The notes: generated by a model not told the origin, from the letters alone. A stretch of DNA of 64,000 nt from an uncultured Chloroflexia bacterium (GCA_963785845.1 CAWAWP010000003.1:605324-669323), one strand, 5' to 3'; positions 16,850-25,908 are shown, numbered from the stretch's first letter. Numbers and translations: made by a program.

Positions 16850-19003
16850 CTACCTCAAGTGCTGCGCCCGCACGAGCTGTGCCGAGAGGCTGACCGTAAG
16901 GGTGGGGTGCCTGCTGACCCTGACAAAGACTCGCCTATTGCAGTGAGCATCCCCGCCGTGGGGCGGATCTCTCTGAGGAAGTGACCACCTGACCACAGGT
17001 GTAGGCGAGGGCGTTGGAAAGCGACGAGAGGCCCGCGACCCGGTTGGGGGCGGACCTCTGCGGCAAATGCGAGGGTGCGATGCGGGGTTAGCGCGGCACG
17101 CCGTAGGCGCGGCCATTGCGTTGCCGTTGCCGTTCGCGGCGCTGAGTGCGGCAAGCTCTTCGACGACGTAGTCGGGGTCAGGGCCGGCGGCAGTGTAGGC
17201 GAAGCCACCGGCGAGCGCGATAATCAGCGATGCTTCGATGACCTCGGCATAGGAGGTGTTGTTTACGTTGGCGGCGACGTAGGTGACAATGGCGACGCAG
17301 ACGAAGACGAAGGCGACCGAGAAGATCGCCACGGCCCACGGCAGGCTACGCGCGGTGAAGGCGCCATAGAGACAGGCGATCAGGCCGATCAGCCCGAAGG
17401 CGAGCCCGGTGATGAAGATGGCGTGCGGCGCTCCCATCGAGGTGGGGAAGTTGCTGAAGAGATCGGTCTTGAATCCCTGGATCGAGGCCATGAGCATCAG
17501 CACGACGGCGAAGATCATCATCCAGAGGGCGAATTTGCGCAGATTGCTCATCGGGCGTTTCTTGACGAGGAAGGTCATCTGCAACGCGCCCGCGCCGCCC
17601 ATCAGCAGCGCGACCCAGAAGGCGTCGTGCAGGAAGGGCTGACCGGGGGTGTAGAAGAGCGCCAGCGCCTCGATCTCGTAGAAGTTGGGGATCGAGAAGA
17701 CGGCGAAGCCGAAGAGGTAGATCAGCAGCAGCGTGCCGAGGACGAGCCACTGGCCGGTGCAGCCGAGCTGCTCGGCGCGGGTGGAGGCAAATTCATGCTG
17801 CGTCGCCCAGGTCCAGAAGAAGGCGACGATGACGATGCTGGCGGCGATGAGCAGGCCGAACGGCGTCTGGGTGGCGTCGTTGACGTGGACGACGGTGACG
17901 GCGAGGGCGACGTAGATCAGCCCGATGGTGCCCCCGAGCACGACCATGTCGCGGCGCTTATTCCAGAAGTAGAGGCCGGCGACGAGCAGGCCGAAAGTGA
18001 GGCTGAAGACGATGGTACAGATGATGTAGCCGGTGAAGGGCGAGAAGGTGCAACTGCCGGGGATCTCGGTTTTCTGTGAGCACTGGACCCAGAACTGGGC
18101 GGTGTCGGCCTGGTGAATGAGGTTGACGACGGGATAGGTGAGGAGCCAGATGAGCAGGAGTGGGACGGCGACGGCGCCAATCAGCCCGACGACGCCGTGG
18201 AGGTAGACGCCAGGCATGAAGTGCTGGCGCCGCGAGACCATCACCGGCAGCAGCCAGACCTGGATGGCGGCGAGGGCGCTGCCGAGGGCGATGAAGAGCA
18301 GGATGTTGGCGGCGGGACTCTGCACGTTGCCTATCGAGCCGTCGAACTGGACGCCACGCACGATGAAAGGATTGGCGCTGGTGGGCAGGAGCGTGACGAT
18401 GGTGAGGTAGAGCGCGACCAGCACGAATGAGAGGCCGATGCCGAAGCGGACGATCAGCGTGCGTAAGGGGCTGGTGAGCGCGCGACCGGAGAGCACCCAG
18501 GGCGTGAGCACGGCGAACCCGAACATGCCACAGCCGATCAGCAGGGCGATGAGCCCAAGCGCGGCGAGGTCGATGGAGCCGGGCTGGAACCAGGCGGGAT
18601 TGAGCAGATACCCTGAGTTTGGCTGCAATTCGCTCCAGCCTGTGCCGAAGATGCCAGAGGCATTGGGGCCGACGCCAACTTGATAGTCGAGGAAGAGACC
18701 GACGACGGCGATGCCGAGGCCGGCGAGGGCGAAGAGCGGCCAGGGAATCAGGGGTTTGGGGTCGTAGAGGAAGGAGATCTCGAAGCAGAGTATGCCGACA
18801 CCGAGCGCAAGGAGGCCGAGATCGAGCGTGGTCTGCTCGAAGATCGCCAGCGTCGAGTTGGTGGAGTATTTGAAGAAGAAGCTGGGCAACTGGCCGATGA
18901 GGATGGCGGTGAGGAAGAAGAAGCCAGTGGCGATGACGATCGCGCGCGCCCACGACATCGGCTTTTCGTGCTCGCGTAGGGGCGTCGCTGCCGTGATCTG
19001 CAT
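16850..19003 (-). CDS. Large polytopic membrane protein (about 18 predicted TM helices), unknown family, last gene of the bc operon
   Basis: The ORF shows continuous hydrophobic helix periodicity over ~620 aa and lies 58 nt downstream of the cytochrome c gene on the same strand. The last ~95 aa (TACRANPASHPRICRRGPPP...) are Arg/Pro-rich and look non-coding-like, so the true C-terminus is uncertain. Confidence 0.7.
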   Translation of the reverse strand: MQITAATPLREHEKPMSWARAIVIATGFFFLTAILIGQLPSFFFKYSTNSTLAIFEQTTLDLGLLALGVGILCFEISFLYDPKPLIPWPLFALAGLGIAVVGLFLDYQVGVGPNASGIFGTGWSELQPNSGYLLNPAWFQPGSIDLAALGLIALLIGCGMFGFAVLTPWVLSGRALTSPLRTLIVRFGIGLSFVLVALYLTIVTLLPTSANPFIVRGVQFDGSIGNVQSPAANILLFIALGSALAAIQVWLLPVMVSRRQHFMPGVYLHGVVGLIGAVAVPLLLIWLLTYPVVNLIHQADTAQFWVQCSQKTEIPGSCTFSPFTGYIICTIVFSLTFGLLVAGLYFWNKRRDMVVLGGTIGLIYVALAVTVVHVNDATQTPFGLLIAASIVIVAFFWTWATQHEFASTRAEQLGCTGQWLVLGTLLLIYLFGFAVFSIPNFYEIEALALFYTPGQPFLHDAFWVALLMGGAGALQMTFLVKKRPMSNLRKFALWMMIFAVVLMLMASIQGFKTDLFSNFPTSMGAPHAIFITGLAFGLIGLIACLYGAFTARSLPWAVAIFSVAFVFVCVAIVTYVAANVNNTSYAEVIEASLIIALAGGFAYTAAGPDPDYVVEELAALSAANGNGNAMAAPTACRANPASHPRICRRGPPPTGSRASRRFPTPSPTPVVRWSLPQRDPPHGGDAHCNRRVFVRVSRHPTLTVSLSAQLVRAQHLR

Positions 19004-19061
19004 GGAGGAACCCTTTCAAAGCTGAAAAGTGCGATGCCGGAAGGCGAGAAACCGGTGGCGT

Positions 19062-20096
19062 TTACGCTGCGACGACCTGTATCCACCCGATCATCGCGGG
19101 GTGGATGCCGCAGTAGAACGGGAAGTCGCCAACCTGGTTGAAGGTGTAGGTGAAGGTGTCTGAGCTGCCGGCAGCGAGCACCGACGACTTGAAGGTGTCG
19201 GTCGGTTTGCTGCTGGTGCCGCTGAAGACGTTATGTGGCGCGGTGGTGGTGTGGTTGTCCCAGGTGATGGTGGTGCCGACTTTGATCTTGATGTCGGCGT
19301 TGGTCTGGCCGCGCGCCTGCCACTCATACCCTGAAGAGTTGGTGGTCGAGGTTACGGCATCGATGGTCACCGCGGTTTGACCGGTGAGATCGATGAGGTC
19401 AGTTGGCCGGTTGCCACTGGTCAGTTGCGCCTTGTATTCGGCGATCTGCGTTGGATTGGAGAGCGTGCCGAGGACGTAGCTGAAGCCGTTGGTGCTCGAG
19501 GGCAGATTCTGGGAGGCGATGTAGGTCGGGTCGGAGGAGCGGATCAGCGCGAGCAGATAGCTGATGTCGTCTGGGGTGAGCGAGCCGCCATAGGCGTTCG
19601 ACCAGGAAGGCATGGCGAGCTTGGTAGGGTTAGCGGGATCGCCGGGGATGCCGGCGGAGATAATGCGCGTGATGTCGTCGTTACTGAACTTGTTGAGGTC
19701 GGGGTTGTTGTTCAGTTTGGGACCGGCGAGCCCCTGCCCCTGGAAGCCGTGGCACGAGGCACAGTATTGGCCGTAGAGCGCCGCGCCACGTTGCAGCGTC
19801 AGGTCGTACTGCGCTTTGGCCGCGTTGACCTGGACGTCTTGCTGGGTGACGATCAAAACCGGAATGATGAAGGCGATGGCGACGACGAAGAGCAGTGATC
19901 CGTAGCCGGTTTTCTCGACGGTGGTGCCGCGTGAGTAGAAGATGTAGATGAGTGCCGTGACGACCACGGAGATCGCCGCGAGACCGAAGCCGACCTTGCC
20001 ATCCAGCACGCCCGTCCCGCCGAGCAGGCCGAAGAGTACCGCGAGGCCGACGCCCGCCGTGATGGCGAGCAGGCCCGGATTTCTCGACGTTCCCAT
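19062..20096 (-). CDS. Membrane-anchored monoheme cytochrome c fused to an amicyanin-like cupredoxin (type-1 copper) domain
   Basis: GAGGA lies 9 nt upstream of ATG 20096. There are three N-terminal TM helices. The heme motif is CASCH (nt 19749-19763). The C-terminal cupredoxin ligands are TTAPHNVFSG and FYCGIHPAM (Cys 19110-19112, His 19101-19103, Met 19092-19094). Confidence 0.8.
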   Translation of the reverse strand: MGTSRNPGLLAITAGVGLAVLFGLLGGTGVLDGKVGFGLAAISVVVTALIYIFYSRGTTVEKTGYGSLLFVVAIAFIIPVLIVTQQDVQVNAAKAQYDLTLQRGAALYGQYCASCHGFQGQGLAGPKLNNNPDLNKFSNDDITRIISAGIPGDPANPTKLAMPSWSNAYGGSLTPDDISYLLALIRSSDPTYIASQNLPSSTNGFSYVLGTLSNPTQIAEYKAQLTSGNRPTDLIDLTGQTAVTIDAVTSTTNSSGYEWQARGQTNADIKIKVGTTITWDNHTTTAPHNVFSGTSSKPTDTFKSSVLAAGSSDTFTYTFNQVGDFPFYCGIHPAMIGWIQVVAA

Positions 20097-20158
20097 GATG
20101 CGCAATCCTCACAAGTTGTGAACAGTTTCCGCCGGAGCTGGCGGCCACGCGGCGACGA

Positions 20159-20842
20159 TTACTGCGCGGCGCATTGCACCGTCGGTGGCGCCAGGACGCG
20201 CTGCCCTTTGCCTGGCTGCGCGACGTGCTGGTTGAGCTTGCCGGTGTCTACCTGTACGTTGCCGTTGGCGAAAGACATTTGGAAGCGGTCGGCGCTTCGC
20301 GGCGCGGGGCCGTCGAGGTATTCGCCGTCGATGTTGTAGTGCGAGCCGTGGCAGGGGCACTTGAAGGAGTGGCAGTCGTTGCGATAGGGATACTTGCAGC
20401 CGAGGTGGACGCAGACCTGATAGAGCGCGAGCCAGTAGGTGCCGTCGGAGTCTTTCACCCAGTTCTGGGCGTCGAGATTGTTTTGGAGGAAGGTCCCCGA
20501 AAGCAGGAAACTTGGCGAGGAGAGGTGGATGATGTAGGACTTGGCGGCCTGCTCGTAGAAGACGCCCTTCTCGTCGATCGCGGCTTCGACGGCGGTGGCG
20601 GCGGGATAGCTGGCCTTGTCCTTCAATCCGATGACTGAGCCGAACTGGCCGGCGAGATTCGGATAGAGCATGGTCAGAGCGCCGTAGGTGGCTTCGGCAC
20701 CAAGCAGGCCAAGCCCGATGCCCACGGCGCGGCGCAGCACCTGACGGCGGCTCAGCCCGCGACGCGACAACTCGGCGGACTCGGCGCCACCGCCGGAAAG
20801 TGTCTCGTACTCTTGGGGAGTACGCTGGGTATCAATCGACAT
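20159..20842 (-). CDS. Rieske 2Fe-2S subunit of cytochrome bc complex (Tat signal)
   Basis: AGGAGA RBS, twin-arginine leader (SRRGLSRRQVLRRAVGIGLGLLG) and the Rieske boxes CVHLGC and CPCHGS (around nt 20348-20415). Confidence 0.9.
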   Translation of the reverse strand: MSIDTQRTPQEYETLSGGGAESAELSRRGLSRRQVLRRAVGIGLGLLGAEATYGALTMLYPNLAGQFGSVIGLKDKASYPAATAVEAAIDEKGVFYEQAAKSYIIHLSSPSFLLSGTFLQNNLDAQNWVKDSDGTYWLALYQVCVHLGCKYPYRNDCHSFKCPCHGSHYNIDGEYLDGPAPRSADRFQMSFANGNVQVDTGKLNQHVAQPGKGQRVLAPPTVQCAAQ

Positions 20843-20937
20843 GGTGCGTCTCCTGAACGCTCAGGGTTACCGGGGAGTGGCTGGATACACGGCGAGTCGT
20901 TTGACCGCCCCGCTGTGCGCGCATCGAGCCAGCTCCG

Positions 20938-21462
20938 TTAGAGATCGAAGTAGATATGCTGCCAGGGCCAGATCCACTGCCAGCCGGAGCCGCGGAAGAA
21001 GCTGCCCGCTAGCACGGTGACGGCGAAGTAGATGGCAAACATGGTGAAAAGCGTGATCGAGATCTTGCGATCCTCGAAGGCGCGACTGGGGTTGCGGTCG
21101 ACGTAGGGCAAGATCGCTAGCCCGACGAGGGTGAACCCCGGCAAGAGCACACCGGCGATGGTTGGCGGGAAGTAGTGCAATTGCTCTTGGAGGCCGAGGA
21201 AGTACCAGGGGGCCTTCGCGGGGTTTGGCGTGAGGTTGGGGTTGGAGTGCGCGCGCAGGGGGGCGTCGACGGCGAGGCTGACGATCGTCAGGACGACGGT
21301 CATCAGCATGGCGGCCATGAATTCGCGCACGAGCAGGTGCGGCCAGACGAAGACGGAGTCTTCGAGCTGCTTTTCGACGCGGGTGATGGCTTCCTGCTTG
21401 ACGACGGCCAGCGTGCGATACCGCTTCTGGGTCGCAGCAGTTCTCGGCTCGGTCGTTGCCAT
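20938..21462 (-). CDS. Cytochrome b C-terminal domain / b6f subunit IV-like protein
   Basis: GAGGAG RBS, three TM helices, and the PEWY-equivalent block NPAKAPWYFLGLQEQLHYFP. Confidence 0.85.
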   Translation of the reverse strand: MATTEPRTAATQKRYRTLAVVKQEAITRVEKQLEDSVFVWPHLLVREFMAAMLMTVVLTIVSLAVDAPLRAHSNPNLTPNPAKAPWYFLGLQEQLHYFPPTIAGVLLPGFTLVGLAILPYVDRNPSRAFEDRKISITLFTMFAIYFAVTVLAGSFFRGSGWQWIWPWQHIYFDL

Positions 21463-21506
21463 ACGATTCTCCTCGCCAGGATGGACGCATCCTCAGAGAC
21501 AGGCGG

Positions 21507-22319
21507 CTAACTCACGGCTCCCGCGGTCACTTCTTGGCGCGCACGGGATTGCTCGATCTCGCGGCGCGACGGTGGCGGAGGTCCGGCCTCGCCGCCATCT
21601 TTGCGGATACGCCAGAAGTGGACGGCCATCATGATCGCGCCGACCAGGGGCAACCCGATGACGTGTAGGGTGTAGAAGCGTATGAGTGTAGCCTGGCTGA
21701 CGCCGACCGGGTTGCCGGTGAGGACGACGTGCGCCTGAGTGCCGAGCAGCGGGGCATAGCTCGCCATGTTGGAGCCGACGGTGATGGCCCAGTAGCCGAT
21801 CTGGTCCCACGGCAGCAGGTAGCCGGTGAAACTGAGGAGCAGCGTGACCAGGAAGAGGACGACGCCGACGATCCAGTTGAATTCGCGCGGGGGCTTGTAG
21901 GCGCCGTGATAGAAGACACGGATCATGTGGAGCGTGACGGTGACGACCATCAAGTGCGCGGCCCAGCGGTGCATGTTGCGCACGAGGTTGCCAAAGGCGA
22001 CGGCGCTGGTGATCTGCTGGATGTTGTTATAGGCGACGTTGGTCTCTGGCACGAAGTAGAACATCAGGAAGACGCCGGTGATGGTCAGCACCAGGAAGAG
22101 GAAGAATGAGAGGCCACCAAGGCACCAGGTGTAGGTGATGCGCATCGCTTTGCGACTGACCTTGACGGGGTGCAGATGCAGGAAGACGTTGCCCATCATC
22201 ACCAGCGACTGGTTGAGGGGCGTGTCGGGATAGCCGTGGCGGAAGATGGAACGCCAGGCCTGGCTCTCGGTGATGTAGTTCGAGGCTTTGTCTAGCAGTC
22301 CTCGATTACTCGTGCTCAC
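21507..22319 (-). CDS. Cytochrome b (b6-like N-terminal four-helix heme-binding subunit)
   Basis: GGAGGAGG RBS before GTG 22319. The block LVRNMHRWAAHLMVVTVTLHMIRVFYHGAY carries the helix-B bis-His pattern. Further on are WDQIGYWAITVGSN and HVIGLPLVGAIMMAVHFWRIRKDGG. Confidence 0.9.
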   Translation of the reverse strand: MSTSNRGLLDKASNYITESQAWRSIFRHGYPDTPLNQSLVMMGNVFLHLHPVKVSRKAMRITYTWCLGGLSFFLFLVLTITGVFLMFYFVPETNVAYNNIQQITSAVAFGNLVRNMHRWAAHLMVVTVTLHMIRVFYHGAYKPPREFNWIVGVVLFLVTLLLSFTGYLLPWDQIGYWAITVGSNMASYAPLLGTQAHVVLTGNPVGVSQATLIRFYTLHVIGLPLVGAIMMAVHFWRIRKDGGEAGPPPPSRREIEQSRARQEVTAGAVS

Positions 22320-22452
22320 GCTGCCTCCTCCAAGGGTGCCGGCGGGCCAATACGGCGCGGCTCTGGGGGTTGAGATCGTCGCTGACGAGAGGCGAAAGCG
22401 TCGCCGCGTTCCCCATGTGATCGTGGCGCGCGCAAAGGTGCATGGTAGAAAG

Positions 22453-22480
22453 AGTATACCAGCAATCCGAAGTGGCGCAA
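22453..22480 (-). promoter_or_regulatory. Candidate promoter of the bc operon (TTGCGC-N16-TGGTATACT, minus strand)
   Basis: The reverse complement reads aaTTGCGCcacttcggattgcTGgTATACT, about 130 nt upstream of the cytochrome b start, in a non-coding stretch. Confidence 0.4.
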
Positions 22481-22707
22481 TTCCTAGACCCGATTGGTTG
22501 CTCGTCTCCGCGTAGGCAGAAATCCGGGGGAGCCGGTGTATCGCTTGCCGACGAAAAACGGCGAGGCTGCGCCACGAACTCGTCCGTGGTGCGCGGAGTA
22601 TGCGCCACTATCACGCGAGTATCACACGTAAGAGTTTAGCCTATTGTGCGACCGACTCCTATACGGTATTCACCTGATTTTTTCGCAGACGGGGCCGGGG
22701 CGCGGCC

Positions 22708-22737
22708 TTGACCGCCACTCAGACGGCATGGTAGGAT
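22708..22737 (+). promoter_or_regulatory. Candidate promoter (TTGACC-N18-TAGGAT with TGg) for the 22852 gene
   Basis: cTTGACCgccactcagacggcaTGgTAGGATcgc lies about 115 nt upstream of ATG 22852. Confidence 0.3.
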
Positions 22738-22851
22738 CGCGCCGGGTTGGTGCGCTGGTCAGTGGAAGGCCATCATTTCTTCATCCTTTCGCGTTCCGCT
22801 TCGCTAGCCGCCGTTAACGGCCTACCCAGCCAGGAAAAGTGAGTGTCTCGG

Positions 22852-23772
22852 ATGAATGACGTGGTATGCGCGGTCTGTGGCCGAACGGTCACGGTGGATG
22901 AGAACACGACGACGTGTGCAAGTTGCGGCGCACCGCTAGCGCTGCCCATACAGCAGGAGCCGGCGGTATCGTCCGCGGACTCGGCTGCCCCGGCGGTTCC
23001 CGCGGGCGACCCTACCGATAGCGCTGAGGTGCAGGCGATTCCCGTCGCCGAGGTCGCCGGAGAGAGTTCCGCGGCGGCGACCGGGGTGCAGGTCGATACG
23101 AGCATGGCGGGAACGCCGGACACGCAGGATGAGCCAGTGCTCGTGGCGGCGGAGGTCGTCGAGGTCTTTACCCCGGCGGGCGACGCAAGCGACGGTTTTG
23201 CGAGTTACGCCGCGGATGGTGGCTCGCAGAATGGCGCGCCGACCTTCGCTGACGTGGACGGCTTCGAGCCGGTGGCCGTCGCGTACGAGACGGTGTCGTA
23301 CGAGGCGCCCTCTGCGGACGCTTATGTGCCGCCGGTGCCGATGACTACCGAGAGCGAGCAGGGCGCGAGTTCCGAGGCGGCGGCGGACGCGCCCGACGCG
23401 GAGATCGAGGCGTGGCAAACGCCTGCGGTGGTGCTCGACGCGATTGGTGTAGATACGGCGACGGGGGATGTGGTGGAGGTGGTCGAAGTCTTCGCCGCCG
23501 AGCCAGCGCCAGTGGAGGAAGTCCCTGCGGCAGCGCCCGTGCCGGTGGCAAGCGCGCCTGAGACGCCGGTAGCGCCCGCGTCCGCTGCGCCCGCTCCGAC
23601 GCCAGCGGCGCCCGCGCCTATGCCCGCCGCGCCGAAGGCGTTTGCGGCGACCAGCAGCGCCCCCGCCAGGGAGACGGGGGGTTCCGCGGCGTTGATCGCG
23701 TTGTTAGTGTTGGTTGTGTTAGCCGCGGTGGTCATCTGCGTTCTATATTTCGCAGGGATCGTTACGTTTTAA
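22852..23772 (+). CDS. Zinc-ribbon protein with acidic low-complexity region and C-terminal TM anchor (hypothetical)
   Basis: MNDVVCAVCGRTVTVDENTTTCASCGAPL (CxxC...CxxC), a long Ala/Glu/Pro/Val-rich segment, and the terminal helix AALIALLVLVVLAAVVICVLYFAGIV. The ORF track starts at GTG 22843. Confidence 0.65.
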   Translation: MNDVVCAVCGRTVTVDENTTTCASCGAPLALPIQQEPAVSSADSAAPAVPAGDPTDSAEVQAIPVAEVAGESSAAATGVQVDTSMAGTPDTQDEPVLVAAEVVEVFTPAGDASDGFASYAADGGSQNGAPTFADVDGFEPVAVAYETVSYEAPSADAYVPPVPMTTESEQGASSEAAADAPDAEIEAWQTPAVVLDAIGVDTATGDVVEVVEVFAAEPAPVEEVPAAAPVPVASAPETPVAPASAAPAPTPAAPAPMPAAPKAFAATSSAPARETGGSAALIALLVLVVLAAVVICVLYFAGIVTF

Positions 23773-23951
23773 CGGAACGTAGTCGATACCGCGTAATTCG
23801 CCAGTCGGCGCGTCACCGGAGCGCAAGACGTGAAGGTGCGTGGAGCGCGTGTGACGCGCCGATGGCCCGCGGCGAAGAACGCCGAACGGGGTGCGGGCAG
23901 CTTTGCCTACACGGGCGACCGATACGTTGCGCAGTGATGCGAGGATAGAGC

Positions 23952-24809
23952 ATGTCGCCGTCGTGGCCGCCCCAACCAGATTTCACTTCGCCCGAGGATC
24001 CCGCCGCGCAGCCCGCGGTGGACGCCGCCCCGACGGGGCCGCTGCCCGGTGGCGCTCCTGAGAATATGCCGACGGCACCGATGCCTGCCGTTGCCCCACG
24101 GGCGACCGCGGCACCCGCCGTACCGGGCGTGCAGCAATCTCAAGAGCAGACGCCGAGCCTGAGCACTGGGTACCCTCCCGCGCCCGCCCCCTCGGTTCCC
24201 GCGGTGAGCGTGACCGACTACTTCCAGAGTGGGCGGCGATCGGCGACGCCGCTGATCGTCGGATTGGTCGTGCTACTGGTACTAGGCGGTGGCGCGGCGA
24301 TCTTCGCGCTGACGCGCGGCGGGTTGGGGCAGACGCAAGGCGCGGCGACCCCGAACGCAGCTGCCGCAGTCGCGACGTACACCGACATGGACGGCGTGTA
24401 TACGCTGAGCGTGCCCAAGACGTGGTTGACGACGGGCAACGCGGCGCTGACCACTTTTGGGCCAGCCGCGGAGCCTGGGGTGCGCGTGGAGATCGAGCGC
24501 CTGGAAGTGGCGCTGAACGGTCATCAGGACGACGTGGCGAGCAGCTTCTTCGACTCAGCGGCGAGCAGCGCCGGTGGCAGCGTGACGAACCGGGCGGGAC
24601 CGACGAGCGTGACGCTGGCTGGCATCACCTGGTCGCAGTATAGTGGCGATCTGACGGTAGGCGCGACGACGGAACACATGGTGGTGTTGATCGCCGATCA
24701 CGCGGGAAGCACGGTGGAGATCGCGTCGATCGCCCCGAAGGACTCGTTCACAAGCGACGATACGCAGTTCTTTCAGCCGATGCTCAAGAGCTTGACCTTC
24801 GTGAAATAG
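23952..24809 (+). CDS. Pro-rich N-terminus / single TM / extracytoplasmic domain protein (hypothetical)
   Basis: MSPSWPPQPDFTSPEDPAAQP..., TM helix LIVGLVVLLVLGGGAAIFAL, then a ~170-aa globular region. Same strand and spacing as its neighbours. Confidence 0.65.
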   Translation: MSPSWPPQPDFTSPEDPAAQPAVDAAPTGPLPGGAPENMPTAPMPAVAPRATAAPAVPGVQQSQEQTPSLSTGYPPAPAPSVPAVSVTDYFQSGRRSATPLIVGLVVLLVLGGGAAIFALTRGGLGQTQGAATPNAAAAVATYTDMDGVYTLSVPKTWLTTGNAALTTFGPAAEPGVRVEIERLEVALNGHQDDVASSFFDSAASSAGGSVTNRAGPTSVTLAGITWSQYSGDLTVGATTEHMVVLIADHAGSTVEIASIAPKDSFTSDDTQFFQPMLKSLTFVK

Positions 24810-24910
24810 TGGCGTGCGTGGATCGGGGCTGCGGGCGGTTTTCCGTACGGCAGAGGCGGGCACAAACGACACCACATTGGGAGTCGTTGTAAAGAGGTGG
24901 AGAGGCGTCG

Positions 24911-25873
24911 ATGTCGCAGCAGTGGCCGCCCCAACAGCCGGGCGAAGGCCAGCCCTACGATCCCTATACGCAGCAACCGGGACAGTACGGACAATACGGA
25001 CCGTACACCCAGCCGAGGCAGCAGGGGCAGACTGGCGAGCAGCCGCAGTGGTCGCAGGGCGGTGCGGGGTATCCACCGGCACCGACGTACCCGCCATCGC
25101 CGTATGGGAGCCCGACCTACCCGCAAGGCTATCCCACCGGGGGGTACGGCGCCCCACCACCGTATGGCATGCCGCCAGCACCCCGGCAACCACGAAGCCG
25201 GGTTGGGCTGATTGTTGGGATTATCGCCGTCATTCTTGTGCTTGGCGGAGGCGCGGCCTACGCGCTCACGCGCAACGGAGGCACGACAACCGCAGCGACG
25301 GGCACGCCGACCGCTACACCGACCACCGCGCCGACAGCGACGCCGGCTGTCGCCACCATCTATTCAAGTCCGCTGACCGGAGACGTCACGGGCTGGCCCT
25401 CGCGCGATGGCTGCGCGCCCGCCGCCGACGGCTACCACGTCAAAGCGGACGTCTCGTGTTTCGCCCCGACCAGCAACCTGACTGACTTCGACCTCACGGT
25501 GACCGGCCAAGCGGTGGGGAAGGATACGTCCCAACCTTACGGCGTTACCTTCCGCTCGGCGCAGGCAGCCAACGACAAGATCGGCGACACGTATGTCGTG
25601 CTGATCGCGAACAGCGGTAACTGGGCGCTGGCCAAAATCGTCGGTGGCAGCGCGACGGCGCTGGGTCAGAGTTCGTCTCCGAGCGCCGCCATTCACCAAG
25701 ATGGAAGCGCGAATACCATTGAGGTGAAGGATAGAGGCACGACGATCACCGTGCTGGTCAACGGCACTCAGATCGTCTCTCTTAGCGATAGCTCGCTTAC
25801 CAACGGACTGATCGGCCTCCAAGGATACGACGGCGGCGAGGCGGTCTTCACCAACTTGACGATCACCAAGTAG
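24911..25873 (+). CDS. Pro/Gln/Tyr-rich N-terminus / single TM / DUF1080 (LamG-like) extracytoplasmic domain protein
   Basis: MSQQWPPQQPGEGQPYDPYTQQPGQYGQYGPY..., TM helix VGLIVGIIAVILVLGGGAAYAL, and a C-terminus (IEVKDRGTTITVLVNGTQIVSLSDSSLTNGLIGLQGYDGGEAVFTNLTI) resembling the DUF1080/3-keto-disaccharide hydrolase fold signature. Confidence 0.7.
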   Translation: MSQQWPPQQPGEGQPYDPYTQQPGQYGQYGPYTQPRQQGQTGEQPQWSQGGAGYPPAPTYPPSPYGSPTYPQGYPTGGYGAPPPYGMPPAPRQPRSRVGLIVGIIAVILVLGGGAAYALTRNGGTTTAATGTPTATPTTAPTATPAVATIYSSPLTGDVTGWPSRDGCAPAADGYHVKADVSCFAPTSNLTDFDLTVTGQAVGKDTSQPYGVTFRSAQAANDKIGDTYVVLIANSGNWALAKIVGGSATALGQSSSPSAAIHQDGSANTIEVKDRGTTITVLVNGTQIVSLSDSSLTNGLIGLQGYDGGEAVFTNLTITK

Positions 25874-25908
25874 CGGTCGCCTCGGTATGGCCGCACTGGA
25901 AGCAGGGG

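Noticed and set aside
17075-18079. 334-aa plus-strand ORF (and the 17958-19019 minus-strand alternative frame) overlapping the 717-aa membrane protein gene.
   Set aside because: Its Gly/Asp/Glu/Arg-rich composition mirrors the hydrophobic codons of the opposite strand. The membrane protein frame shows consistent TM periodicity and operon context.
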